A stretch of DNA of 64,000 nucleotides from an uncultured Candidatus Rokubacteria bacterium (GCA_963749975.1 CAVVOZ010000016.1:8496-72495); one strand, 5' to 3'. Numbered from the stretch's first letter, positions 45,516-59,935 are shown. Made by a program: numbers and translations. The notes: a model not told the origin generated them from the sequence alone.

Positions 45516-46523
45516 ATGAGAGCGCTCGTCACCGGCGGGACCGGCTTCGTCGGCAGCCACGTCGTGCGGGCCCTGGTCGAGGACGGCGTCACCGTGCGCG
45601 TCCTGGCCCGTCCGGGGAGCGACCGGCGCGCCCTGGCCGACCTTCCGGTCGAGATCGTGACGGGCGACCTCGCCGAGCCGCGCTCGCTGGAGGCGCCGCT
45701 CGCGGGCGTGGAGGTGCTCTACCACGTCGCGGCCGACTACCGCCTCTGGGCGCGCGACCCCGCCGTGCTCTACCGCGTCAACGTCGGCGGCACGCGGGCG
45801 CTCCTCCTCGCCGCGGCCGCGGCCGGCGTCGCTCGCGTGGTCTACACGTCGAGCGTCGGCACCCTCGGCTTGCCGCCGGAGGGCAGGTCCGGCACGGAGG
45901 AGACGCCGGTCCGGCTCGAGGACATGGTGGGGGACTACAAGCGCTCGAAGTTCCTCGCGGAGCGCGAGGCGGAGGCGGCCGCCGCTCGCGGATTGCCCGT
46001 CGTCATCGTCAACCCCTCGGCGCCCGTCGGTCCGTGGGACTGGAAGCCCACGCCGACGGGGCGGATGCTCGTGGACTACCTGAAGGGTCGGATGCTCGCC
46101 TACCTGGAAACCGGGCTGAACGTCGTGCACGTTCGCGACGTCGCGCGAGGGCACCTCCTGGCCGCCGCGCGCGGCCGAGTCGGCGAGCGGTACATCCTGG
46201 GGCATGCGGAGGGGAACCTGGGGCTCCGCGCCATCTTCGAGCGGCTCGCCCCCTACACCGGGGTGCGGGCGCCCCGGGTGCGCCTGCCGCACCGGGCCGC
46301 GCTGGCGCTCGGTGCCGGCGCCGAGCTCGTGGCGCGCCTGACGGGGACCGAGCCGGTCGTCGCGCGGACTGCCGTGCGGATGGCGGCCAAGCGGATGTTC
46401 TTCGACCCGTCCAGGGCGATCCGGGAGCTCGGGCTGCCCCAGACGCCCGTGGACCAGGCGCTCCGCGATGCGGTGGACTGGTTCTGGGCGAACGGCTACG
46501 CTCCGCGCCGGCGCCGTGTATAA
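45516..46523 (+). CDS. hpnA: Hopanoid-associated NAD-dependent sugar epimerase/reductase HpnA (extended SDR)
   Basis: MRALVTGGTGFVGSHVVRAL...YHVAADYRLW...VYTSSVGT...YKRSKFLAE (YxxxK). Confidence 0.8.
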   Translation: MRALVTGGTGFVGSHVVRALVEDGVTVRVLARPGSDRRALADLPVEIVTGDLAEPRSLEAPLAGVEVLYHVAADYRLWARDPAVLYRVNVGGTRALLLAAAAAGVARVVYTSSVGTLGLPPEGRSGTEETPVRLEDMVGDYKRSKFLAEREAEAAAARGLPVVIVNPSAPVGPWDWKPTPTGRMLVDYLKGRMLAYLETGLNVVHVRDVARGHLLAAARGRVGERYILGHAEGNLGLRAIFERLAPYTGVRAPRVRLPHRAALALGAGAELVARLTGTEPVVARTAVRMAAKRMFFDPSRAIRELGLPQTPVDQALRDAVDWFWANGYAPRRRRV

Positions 46524-46553
46524 TCGTGGACATCCTGCCGGCACGCGCAGCCG

Positions 46554-47417
46554 GTGTCACATCACGTCATGAACGCGGCTGACCTCTCCGCCATCCTCAC
46601 CCGTCGCAGCGGGTCGAATTTCTACTACTCGTTCCTGTTCCTGCCGAAGCGGAAGCGGCACGCCATCTACGCGCTGTACGCCTTCTGTCGAACGGTGGAT
46701 GACGCCGTGGATCAGGGGGCGGCGACACCGAGCGAGCAGCGCCGCATCCTGGCGGACTGGCGGCTCGAGCTGGGCCGCGCGTACGACGGCCGCCCGACGC
46801 AGCCGATCGCTCAGCATCTCGCCGAGGTGGTCCGGGCCTTTCCCGTCCAGCGCCAGCACCTCGAGGCGATCCTCGACGGCGTCGAGATGGACATCGACAA
46901 GCGACGCTACGCCTCGTTCGAGGAGCTGTACGAGTACTGCTACCGGGTGGCGGGAGCGGTCGGTCTGGCCTGCATCGAGGTCTTCGGCTACACGGACCCC
47001 CGGGCCCGGGACTACGCGGTCAACCTGGGCATCGCGCTCCAGCTGACGAACATCATGCGCGACCTCCGCACGGACGCCGAGCGGGGCCGCATCTATCTGC
47101 CGCTCGACGAGATCCGCCGGTTCGGGTACTCGGAGGACGAGCTCATCCACGGGCGGCACACTCCGGCGTTCGTCGGGCTGATGCGCTTCCAGGCCGATCG
47201 CGCGCACGCGTACTACCGTGCCGCCAAGGCGGCCCTGCCGCCGGCCGACCGGCGCCGCCTGATCGCGGCGCAGATCATGGGCGGCATCTACCGCGCGCTC
47301 CTGCGAGAGATCGAGGCGCGCCAGTTCCGCGTCTTCGACGGTCGCATCCGGGTTTCCACTCCGAAGAAGATCGCCCTCGCGCTCGGCGCTTACCTGCACG
47401 GCCAGCTCGCCCCATGA
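46554..47417 (+). CDS. hpnD: Squalene/phytoene synthase family enzyme (HpnD-like presqualene diphosphate synthase)
   Basis: SNFYYSFLFLPKRKRHAIYALYAFCRTVDDAVD (first Asp-rich motif) ...YCYRVAGAVG...QLTNIMRDLRTDAERGRIYLP. Alternative start at ATG 46569. Confidence 0.75.
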   Translation: MSHHVMNAADLSAILTRRSGSNFYYSFLFLPKRKRHAIYALYAFCRTVDDAVDQGAATPSEQRRILADWRLELGRAYDGRPTQPIAQHLAEVVRAFPVQRQHLEAILDGVEMDIDKRRYASFEELYEYCYRVAGAVGLACIEVFGYTDPRARDYAVNLGIALQLTNIMRDLRTDAERGRIYLPLDEIRRFGYSEDELIHGRHTPAFVGLMRFQADRAHAYYRAAKAALPPADRRRLIAAQIMGGIYRALLREIEARQFRVFDGRIRVSTPKKIALALGAYLHGQLAP

Positions 47418-48440
47418 GGGCGGCCGTCCACGCGGGTGCCGGCGAGATCCGGGTCGAGACCCACCCCGCCCCCCGGATCGGGCCCGGCGAGCTCCTGCTG
47501 CGGGTCCTGGGCTGCGGCCTGTGCGGCTCGGACCTGGCCAAGCTCCGCGGGCCGGCGCCGCGGCCGGCCGTCCTCGGGCACGAGGTCGTGGGCGAGGTGG
47601 CCGAGGCGGGCGAGGGCGCCGGGGGTTTTCGTCCGGGCGAGCGAGTCGTCGTGGCCCACCACGTCCCGTGTTCCACCTGCCACTACTGCCGGCGAGGCAG
47701 CGTCTCGATGTGCCGGGCCTTCAAGGCGTCGAACCTCGACCCGGGTGGCTTCGCCGAGTACGTGCGCGTCCCCGCCGAGAACGTGCGCCACGTGACCTTC
47801 CGCGTGCCCGCCGGGATGTCCGACGCCGTCGCCTCGTTCACCGAGCCTCTCGGCTGCTGCGTCCGGGCGATCCGGCGCGCGGCGGTGGAGGGAGGCGACA
47901 CGGTCGTCGTGGCGGGGCTCGGGGCGATGGGCTGCCTCCTCCTCCAGCTCGCGCGCCGGCGCGAGGCGCGCGTCGTGGGACGTGGATCCGCTTCCGGCCC
48001 GCCGGGCGCTCGCGGAGTCGCTGGGTGCGGAGGTCGCCGTGGCGCCCGATGGGGCCGGCAGGGCCATCGCGGGCCTGAGCGAGGGCCGGGGCGCGGACGT
48101 GGTCGTGCTGGCGGCCGCGGCTCCCGCCCTCGTCCGGGCCGCGCTCGGCTGGGTGCGGGACGGCGGGGCGGTTCACCTCTTCGTCGGCGAGGGCGAGGGG
48201 CCGGTGCCGTTCGGCGAGCTCTACAAGCGGGAGCTGACCCTGACCGCGACCTACTCGTCGTCCCCGGCGGACCTGGCCGAGGCCTTCGACCTCATCCGAA
48301 GCGGCGCGATCCGGGTGGACGAGCTCTGCTCGCATCGCGTCCCCCTCGAGCGCCTGGCCGACGCGGTCGGCCTCATGGAGCGCCGCGAGGCGCTCAAGGT
48401 CTTCGTGGAGATGGGTTGCAAGCCGGGGAGTCTCCCGTGA
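47414..48440 (+). CDS. Zn-dependent MDR alcohol/polyol dehydrogenase; apparent +1 frame break near 47975-47983
   Basis: GCGLCGSDL...GHEVVGEV...CSTCHYCRRGSVSMC (structural Zn), GLGAMGCLLLQLA (Rossmann). It continues as VDPLPARRALAESLGAEV...LKVFVEM in the frame of ORF 47982..48440. The ATG overlaps the hpnD stop as ATGA. Confidence 0.8.
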
Positions 48441-48519
48441 TCGGTGCGCGTGTTGCTCCAATGCGGGTCCGCCTCCCTCCTCGGGGTGGGAGGGGGTTCA
48501 GCGGTGGGGGGGGTCCCGA

Positions 48520-49542
48520 ATGAGGGCGCAGGTCTTCTACGGTCCCGGCGACCTCCGGTTCGAGGACGCGCCGGTGCCGGAGCCGGGCCCGGGCGAGGTG
48601 GTGCTCCGGATCGAGGCGGCACTGACCTGCGGCACGGACGTGAAGACGCTTCGGCGGGGCCATCCCGTGATGATCCCGCGGGTGCCCACGGTCTTCGGTC
48701 ACGAGTTTGCGGGGACGGTCGCGGCGATCGGGCCGGGTGTGGGTCATGTGCGGCTCGGAGACCGGGCGGTTGCGGCGAACTCGGCCCCGTGTGGGACGTG
48801 TGCGGCCTGTCGCCGGGGCCGGGCGAACCTCTGCGACGACCTCCTCTTCGTGAACGGCGCCTACGCCGAGTACATCGCCCTCCCTCCGCGCCTGGTCGCC
48901 CGGAACCTGGTGACGGTGTCGCCGGGCGCCGAGGCGGCGCGCATCGCGTTCGCCGAGCCCGTTGCCTGCTGTCTACGGGCCATCGACGCGGCGGAGGTGG
49001 GGGCGGGGGACACCGTGGTGATCCTGGGCCACGGGCCGCTCGGCCTCCTCCTCGGCCTCCTGGCCCGCGCCGGGGGGGCGCGGGTGATTCTCGCGGGCAA
49101 GACGGGACTGCGCCTCGAGCGTGCCCGTGGGCTCGGCTTTGCCGCCTGCGTGGACGTGGCGCGGGTGCCCGACGCGGTCTCGGCCGTGCGCGAGGCGGCC
49201 GGCGGCGACGTGCGCTGCGTGATCGAGGCGACCGGGAGGCCCGAGGCGTGGGAGCAGGCGATGGCCGTCGCCGGCAAGGGCGCCACCGTGGTGTTCTTCG
49301 GCGGCTGCGCTCCCGGCACGAGCGTCCCTCTCGACACGCGACGGGTCCACTACGAGGAGCTGCGGCTCCTGGGCGTGTTCCATCACACTCCCGCGCTGAT
49401 CCGGCGGGCCGTCGCGCTGCTCGCCGACGGCACGCTCGATCCCACGCCGCTGGTCACCCACGAGATGGGGCTCGGCGACGTGCCGCGGGCACTCGACCTG
49501 ATGAGCCGAGGCGAAGCGCTCAAGGTCCTGATCCGCCCGTGA
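48520..49542 (+). CDS. Zn-dependent MDR alcohol/polyol dehydrogenase (paralog)
   Basis: TCGTDVK...GHEFAGTV...CGTCAACRRGRANLC..., ILGHGPLGLL..., ALKVLIRP. Confidence 0.85.
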   Translation: MRAQVFYGPGDLRFEDAPVPEPGPGEVVLRIEAALTCGTDVKTLRRGHPVMIPRVPTVFGHEFAGTVAAIGPGVGHVRLGDRAVAANSAPCGTCAACRRGRANLCDDLLFVNGAYAEYIALPPRLVARNLVTVSPGAEAARIAFAEPVACCLRAIDAAEVGAGDTVVILGHGPLGLLLGLLARAGGARVILAGKTGLRLERARGLGFAACVDVARVPDAVSAVREAAGGDVRCVIEATGRPEAWEQAMAVAGKGATVVFFGGCAPGTSVPLDTRRVHYEELRLLGVFHHTPALIRRAVALLADGTLDPTPLVTHEMGLGDVPRALDLMSRGEALKVLIRP

Positions 49543-49838
49543 CGGCGCCGACCGCTGGGGAGGGTTGCCGCCGGGTCGGGCGATGTCCCGGGTGCCGGGA
49601 GCATGTTCGGGCACCGCTTCCAGTTCGTCTCCAACCCAACGATCTGCAGCTTCACCCCCGGCATCAACGCGAGCGCGGCAGTGTCTCAGTTGGCCCTCGG
49701 CGGAATCACTGTTCGCTCCGAGCCCGGTTTGGTGCGCGAGAGGTCGCCGGACCTTGGGAGGAATTCCAGGAGCAACTCTAGCCGGTGAACGCGGCCAGCG
49801 TCTGCCGAGCGACAACTCAAAGCGCGCGGCGGCGTTGC

Positions 49839-49868
49839 TTGCGTCGGTCGGGCCGCGGCCTCTATACT
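49839..49868 (+). promoter_or_regulatory. Sigma70-like promoter giving a (near-)leaderless ispH transcript
   Basis: TTGCGT (49839-49844), 18 nt, TATACT (49863-49868), then 8 nt to ATG 49877. No Shine-Dalgarno sequence fits in between. Confidence 0.4.
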
Positions 49869-49876
49869 GAGGGTCC

Positions 49877-50891
49877 ATGCGAACAGCGGGCCGCGAGCAG
49901 CCCTCGATTCCCGCTCCCGCGCCGCTCGCCGAGATCGTTCTGGCGGGGCCGCGGGGCTTCTGTGCCGGCGTCGAGCGGGCCATCGAGATCGTCGAGCAGG
50001 CCCTCGAGGTCGTCGGCGTGCCCGATCTACGTCCGGCGCGAGATCGTCCACAACCGCCACGTGGTCGAGGCCCTCCGGGAAAAGGGCGCCGTCTTCGTGG
50101 ACGAGCTCGACGAGGTGCCGGAGGGCGCGACGGTGATCTTCAGCGCCCACGGGGTATCGCCGGCCGTGCGGGAGTCCGCGACGGCGCGGCGCCTCCGCGT
50201 GATCGACGCGACGTGCCCCCTGGTCACGAAGGTCCACCTGGAGGCCATCCGGTACGCGAAGGAAGGGCGCACGATCGTGCTCGTCGGCCACGCGGACCAC
50301 GACGAGGTGATCGGGACCCTCGGCGAGGCGCCCCGGCGCATCGTGGTCATCGACTCGGTCGAGGAGGCGGAGCAGCTGACCGTCGAGGACCCCGCGAAGG
50401 TCGCCTACCTGACGCAGACCACGCTGTCGGTGGACGACACGAGGGCGGTCATCGAGGTGCTCCGCCGCCGGTTCCCGGCCATTCTCGGGCCGGCGCGTGA
50501 CGACATCTGCTACGCGACGCAGAACCGCCAGGCGGCCGTCAAGCAGCTCGCGAACGACGTGGACCTGGTGCTGGTGCTGGGCGCGGCGAACAGCTCGAAC
50601 GCGAACCGGCTCCGAGAGGTCGCCGAGGCGCTGGGCACGCGCGCGCGGCTCATCAACGACGTCCGCGACATCCGGCCGGAGTGGCTCGATGGGTGTAACC
50701 GCATCGGCGTGACGGCCGGCGCGTCGACGCCGGAGTTCCTCGTGCGCGAGGTGGTGGACTACCTCGGGGCCCGCGGCGCACCGGCGGTGCGAGAGTTCCG
50801 CGTGGTGGAGGAGGATGTCCGCTTCGGGTTGCCCCACGAGCTCCTCGAGATCGCGCGCCAGAAGCAGGCGGCGTCGGCCGCCGCGTCGTAG
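49877..50891 (+). CDS. ispH: 4-hydroxy-3-methylbut-2-enyl diphosphate reductase; apparent +1 frame break near 50015-50023
   Basis: GPRGFCAGVERAIEIVEQAL is in the frame of ORF 49877. It continues as PIYVRREIVHNRHVV...IFSAHGVSP...IDATCPLVTKVH...GHADHDEV...QTTLS...ICYATQNRQ...SSNANRL...TAGASTPE in the frame of ORF 49785..50891. Confidence 0.9.
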
Positions 50892-50939
50892 TCCTCGCCG
50901 CTTGCCCGCCCCGCCTGGCTGGCGCATTCCCGACCTCCC

Positions 50940-52175
50940 ATGAGTCCCGCACGCGAAGCCGCCGCCGTCGTGGTTGGCGGCGGCATCTGGGGCTGCTCGA
51001 TCGCCTATCATCTGGCGCGGGCCGGCCTGCGCGACGTCGTCGTCCTGGAGCGGCGCGAGCTCGCGTGCGGGAACACCCCGCAGGCGGCGGGGCTCGTCGG
51101 CCAGCTCCGCTCGAGCGAGCTCATGGTCCGGTCCATCCGCCACGTCGTCGATCGTCTCGAGCACTGGGCGGCCGAGCACGGCGAGGAGAGCGGGTTCCGG
51201 CAGGTGGGGAGCCTCAAGCTCGCGCTGACGGACGGGCGAGTCCGGGAGCTCGAGGAGCACGTCGCCAACGCGCGGTCGTGGGGCCTCGAGGTCGAGCTGC
51301 TGACGCCCAAGTCGGCGAGCGCCCGCGTGCCGTTCCTCGACACCGCCGGCGTCAAGGCGGCGGCGTGGATTCCCGGGGACGGATACGTGGAGCCGTACAC
51401 GCTCGCCATGACGATCGCGCGCGCCGCCCGGCGCCTCGGGGTGGTCTTCGAGACGGGCCGGCCGGTGACCGCGATCCAGATGGACCGGGGCGCGGTGCGC
51501 GGCGTGGACACGCCGGCGGGCACGCTCCTGACCCCGCGCGTGATCGTGGCCGCGGGACCCTGGGTCGAGCGGGTCGCCGGCGCGGTCGGGCTCGCGGTGG
51601 ACACGGTGCCGCTGCGGCACCAGCACTGGACGACGGCGCCCATGGCCGACGTGCCGGCGAACCTGCCGGTGGTCCGCGTGCCCGATGCCTCCGTCTACAT
51701 CCGGCCCGAGGTCGGCGGTCTCATGCTCGGCGGCTTCGAGGCGCACCCCAAGGCCTTCTCGATGGCCGAGCTGCCGCTCACGTTCGAGATCGAGCACACC
51801 GAGAAGGATCTGGGGGTGCTGGAGGAGCTCGCCGGCGGCCTCACCCGCGCGTTTCCGGCGCTCGCGGGCGCCCCGGTTCTCAAGGGCTGCGCCGGGCTGC
51901 CGACCTTCACGCCGGACGGCAACTACCTGCTCGGCGCCGTCCCGACCGCCCGCGGGCTCTGGGTCGCGGCCGGGTGCAACGCGATCGGGATCGCAGGGTC
52001 GCTCCTCGTCGGGGAGTGGCTGAGCGAGCTGGTCCTGGAGGGGCGGACGCGGGCCGACACGAGCAGCCAGGCGCTGGACCGGTTCGGCCCCCGCTACGCG
52101 GAGCGCCGGCGGCTCAGAGAGGCCTGCGAGTCGATCTACGGGAACTTCTACAGCCTGGACAAGGGAGCCTTCTGA
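50940..52175 (+). CDS. FAD-dependent oxidoreductase (DAO family, sarcosine/glycine oxidase-like)
   Basis: AVVVGGGIWGCSIAYHLARAG dinucleotide fold; ...GLPTFTPDGNYLLG.... Confidence 0.8.
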   Translation: MSPAREAAAVVVGGGIWGCSIAYHLARAGLRDVVVLERRELACGNTPQAAGLVGQLRSSELMVRSIRHVVDRLEHWAAEHGEESGFRQVGSLKLALTDGRVRELEEHVANARSWGLEVELLTPKSASARVPFLDTAGVKAAAWIPGDGYVEPYTLAMTIARAARRLGVVFETGRPVTAIQMDRGAVRGVDTPAGTLLTPRVIVAAGPWVERVAGAVGLAVDTVPLRHQHWTTAPMADVPANLPVVRVPDASVYIRPEVGGLMLGGFEAHPKAFSMAELPLTFEIEHTEKDLGVLEELAGGLTRAFPALAGAPVLKGCAGLPTFTPDGNYLLGAVPTARGLWVAAGCNAIGIAGSLLVGEWLSELVLEGRTRADTSSQALDRFGPRYAERRRLREACESIYGNFYSLDKGAF

Positions 52176-52259
52176 CGTGCGCGGTCCGTGCTTGCCGACC
52201 CGGATAACGCGGCAGCCGATGGCGCCCGGCCCCCTGGCCGTCCCGGGAACGGCCTGAGG

Positions 52260-53691
52260 ATGTCCCAGGAGCGCTTCGCCAAGATCGTCTGCACCATCGG
52301 GCCGGCGTCCATCGCCGAGGGCATCATCGAGCAGATGGCGCGGGCAGGGATGGACGTGGCCCGCCTGAACTTCTCCCACGGCACCCACGGGGAGCACCTG
52401 CAGGCCATCGAGCGCATCCGGTCCGTGGAGGCCAGGATCGGGAAGCCCATCGCGATCCTCCAGGACCTCCAGGGTCCCAAGATTCGCCTGGGCACGTTCG
52501 CCGGCGGCGGGGCCGTGATGCTGCGGCGCGGCGACGCCTTCGTCCTGACGACGGAGACCGTCCCGGGCACGGCCGAGCGGGCGAGCATCTCCTACGCCGG
52601 CTTCGCCCAGGACGTGAAGGCAGGGGACCGCGTGCTGATCGACGACGGCCGGATCGCGCTGGACGTCGAGGAGGTGCGGGACCAGGACGTCCTCTGCCGT
52701 GTCGCGACGGGGGGGATGGTCCGGGACCACAAGGGCGTGAACCTCCCCCGCACGACGCTCCGCCTCCCGATCCTGACCGAGAAGGACCGCGAGGACCTTC
52801 ACTTCGGCCTCCGGCACGGCGTCGACTACGTCGGCGTCTCGTTCGTGCGATCGGGGGCGGACCTCCTGGAGGTTCGGGAGGTCATCAACGAGTTCCGCTC
52901 CGACGTCCAGGTCGTCGCCAAGCTGGAGCGGCCCGAGGCCCTCGGGCGCCTCGACGAGATCCTGAACGCCACCGCCGCGGTCATGGTGGCGCGCGGCGAC
53001 CTCGGGGTCGAGGTGCCGCTCGAGGAGGTCCCGATCGCCCAGAAGGAGATCCTCCGGAAGGCGCGCCTGGCGAGGACCCCCGTGATCGTGGCCACCCAGA
53101 TGCTGGAGTCCATGGTCGCGAGCCTCCGTCCCACGCGCGCCGAGGTCTCGGATGTCGCCAACGCGGTGCTGGACGGCACGGACGCGGTGATGCTGTCCGC
53201 GGAGTCGGCGACCGGCGCGTACCCCGTCGAGGCGGTGCGGGTCCTCGACCGCATCATCCGGCGGACCGAGGCGGCCTTCCCGCCGCAGACGATGGACCGC
53301 CCGCGGCGGGGCGAGGTGTCGTTCCCCCAGGCGATCTCGGACTCGGCGTCGTTCGCCGCGCGGGAGCTCAAGGCCCGCGCGATCGTGGCCTTCACCCAGT
53401 CGGGTTACACCGCGCGGCTCATCTCCCAGGACCGGCCGCCGGTTCCCATCATCGCGTTCACGCCCAACGAGCGCGTGCGGCGGCGGCTGGCCCTCGACTG
53501 GGGCGTCATCTCGCGGCTCATCAAGTCGCAGACCTCGATCGACCAGATGGTGACGGACATCGAGGCGAGCCTGCTCGCGGACCGGTCGGTGCGCTACAAC
53601 GACATCCTGGTCATCGTGGGCGGGCGCGCCCCTCGCGGTGCGCGGCACGGTCAACCTGCTGAAGCTCCACCGGGTCGGCGAGCACCGGTAG
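52260..53691 (+). CDS. pyk: Pyruvate kinase; apparent +1 frame break near 53619-53627
   Basis: KIVCTIGPAS...MDVARLNFSHG...ILQDLQGPKIRLG...VAKLERPEA...MVARGDLGVE...ATQMLESM...PTRAEVSDVANAV. The expected C-terminus (APLAVRGTVNLLKLHRVGEHR, stop at 53689-53691) is in the next frame. Confidence 0.9.
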
Positions 53692-53740
53692 CCGGCGGTC
53701 CGCTGGCCCGGGGGCGCACCGGCGTCTCCGACGGGGCGGG

Positions 53741-54070
53741 ATGGTGATGCGCGACGTGATCACGAGCTACTTCGGAGTGACGCTCACCCCCTGGAAGCTC
53801 GTCGGCTACCTGGGCCTCGCCCTGTTCACCGGCCGCTGGCTGGTCCAGCTGTACGTTTCGCGCGCGGAAGGCCGGCCGACGGTGCCGCGGATGTTCTGGT
53901 ACATGAGCGTGACCGGCAGCGCCCTGCTGCTCGCCTACTTCACCTGGGGGAAGAACGACTCGGTCGGCATCCTGTCCAACCTGTTCCCGGCGCTCATCGC
54001 GGTCTACAACCTCTACCTGGACATCCGGAGCGGTCGCCCGGCCTCGCGCTCCGGCCAGGGCGCCCGCTGA
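53741..54070 (+). CDS. Small membrane protein with a lipid-A-disaccharide-synthase N-terminal-like (LAB_N) domain
   Basis: ...LVGYLGLALFTGRWLVQLYVSRAEGRPTVPRMFWYMSVTGSALLLAYFTWGKNDSVGIL... Confidence 0.55.
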   Translation: MVMRDVITSYFGVTLTPWKLVGYLGLALFTGRWLVQLYVSRAEGRPTVPRMFWYMSVTGSALLLAYFTWGKNDSVGILSNLFPALIAVYNLYLDIRSGRPASRSGQGAR

Positions 54071-54106
54071 GCGGACGCCGATCCCGGTCGCATCGAGCGC
54101 CGGGGT

Positions 54107-55525
<1,419 letters not shown>

Positions 55526-55528
55526 GGC

Positions 55529-56236
55529 TCAGTAGGATTGCCGCATGGCGGTGCGAGCGGCCTTGAGGTCCTCGACCGTCACGCCGGGCTTCTGGCAGAC
55601 CGCGATCATCTTTCGCTCGCGCGCCTCGATCCGGGCCGCCGCCTCCGGGATCTTGGCGGCGATCTCGGGAGGCACGACCACGACACCGTGCTGGTCGCCG
55701 TGCAGGAGGTCCCCCGGCCGGATCCACAGGCCTCCGACCTTGACGGGGGCGCCGAAGTCCACCATGTGGACGTAGGCGTGGGAGACCGACACGTGCGCCG
55801 AGAAGAAGTGGAAGCCGGCGGCCTCGGCCTCCGGCAGGTCCCGCACGGTCCCGTCGGTCACCACGCCGAGGCACCCGAGCGCCCGGTGGATGTTGGCCTG
55901 GACCTCCCCCCAGTACGCGCCCTGGCCGCGCGGCTCGTCGATGTCGTGCATCACGATCACGCGCGGACCGGGGCTCGCCGCCACGTGCTCCCACCAGGCG
56001 AACTCGTTGGCGCGGTGGCCCTCGATGGGCTGCGGCTCCGCCCGGATCAGCGCCGTCACCGCGTACCCCACCATGGCCGGGAGCCGCGGGAATCGGCAGA
56101 CGATGTCGGAGGACACGAAGCCCGTGTTCCAGGGCTTCACGTTGAAGGTCTCGATCGCGTTGGCGATGGTCGGAGACGAGATGCGGGAGAGCTCGGCGAG
56201 AATCTTCGGGTCGAGTGGGGAGTCGAGGGGGGTCAT
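55529..56236 (-). CDS. RraA-family protein (4-hydroxy-4-methyl-2-oxoglutarate aldolase / RNase E regulator-like)
   Basis: ...GAYWGEVQANIHRALGCLGVVTDGTVRDL...IRPGDLLHGDQHGVVVVP. GGAGG ribosome-binding site. Confidence 0.75.
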   Translation of the reverse strand: MTPLDSPLDPKILAELSRISSPTIANAIETFNVKPWNTGFVSSDIVCRFPRLPAMVGYAVTALIRAEPQPIEGHRANEFAWWEHVAASPGPRVIVMHDIDEPRGQGAYWGEVQANIHRALGCLGVVTDGTVRDLPEAEAAGFHFFSAHVSVSHAYVHMVDFGAPVKVGGLWIRPGDLLHGDQHGVVVVPPEIAAKIPEAAARIEARERKMIAVCQKPGVTVEDLKAARTAMRQSY

Positions 56237-56268
56237 GCGTCCTCCGTTGGTCTGTGTCGGTCTCGGGT

Positions 56269-56895
56269 TCAGATGGACTGCTGGCGGCGTTGTCTGAGGA
56301 CTTCCCGGATCCGTTCCAGGACGGCCTCCACCTGGGCGAGGGTGGGGTCCACCGCCAGGGCCTTCTCGAAGTACTCCGCAGCCCTGGGCAGGTCCTCCTT
56401 CTGGAGGTAGATCAGGCCGAAGCCGGACAGCGCTCCGAAGTGGGCCGGGTTGCGCTTCACGACCTCCTCGCAGTCGGCCAGCGAGCGGTCGAGCTCGCCC
56501 ATCATGTAGTACGCGGTCGCACGCTTGTTCCAGCCCTCCGCGAATCCGGGCGCCCGGGCGATCACGTCGCTGAAGACCGCGACCGATTCCGGCAGGCGGC
56601 CGGACTGCATGAGGGCGATGCCCTGTCCGAGGAGGATGTCGATCGCGGGGTCGCCGGAGCGGTGCCAGATGGCCCACAGCGCGTCGTGGGCCTCGCTGCG
56701 GACGGTGGAGTCGGGGTCGCGGAGCGCCTGGACGAGCGCTGCGGTCGCCCCGTCGTCGCCGATCTGGCCGAGCCGCCCGGCGGCGATTCGCCGCTCCTCG
56801 ACCGCGCCGCTCCGGAGCCGCTCGAGCAGCCCCGCCTGCTCGGCCGGGGGCGCGGCCGCCATGGCGACGAGCAGGACTGCCGCGAGCTTCATCAT
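56269..56895 (-). CDS. Secreted HEAT/TPR-repeat protein
   Basis: Signal peptide MMKLAAVLLVAMAAA. HEAT-like ...ALVQALRDPDSTVRSEAHDAL. TPR ...GWNKRATAYYMMGELDRSLADCEEVVKRNP...AAEYFEKALAVDP. Confidence 0.7.
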   Translation of the reverse strand: MMKLAAVLLVAMAAAPPAEQAGLLERLRSGAVEERRIAAGRLGQIGDDGATAALVQALRDPDSTVRSEAHDALWAIWHRSGDPAIDILLGQGIALMQSGRLPESVAVFSDVIARAPGFAEGWNKRATAYYMMGELDRSLADCEEVVKRNPAHFGALSGFGLIYLQKEDLPRAAEYFEKALAVDPTLAQVEAVLERIREVLRQRRQQSI

Positions 56896-56908
56896 GGGGC
56901 GCCTCCTC

Positions 56909-59935
<3,027 letters not shown>

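Noticed and set aside
3433-53627. Programmed +1 ribosomal frameshifting or pseudogenisation as the explanation for the frame breaks
   Set aside because: There is no shared slippery or stall motif at the sites. The breaks hit unrelated essential genes at arbitrary positions, often at 3-6 nt homopolymers. Homology continues seamlessly in the next frame. Systematic indel error is the more economical explanation, but I cannot prove it without reads.
49686-53654. 1322-aa minus-strand ORF antisense to ispH, the FAD oxidoreductase and pyk. Similar long antisense or alternate-frame ORFs: 1664..3709, 26308..28848, 39204..41114, 41875..43728, 54287..56410, 56525..58678 and 56892..59741.
   Set aside because: All have Arg/Pro/Gly/Asp-dominated low-complexity translations with no recognisable motifs. 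They lie opposite, or out of frame to, genes with unambiguous conserved sequences. This is typical shadow-ORF behaviour at about 70% GC.
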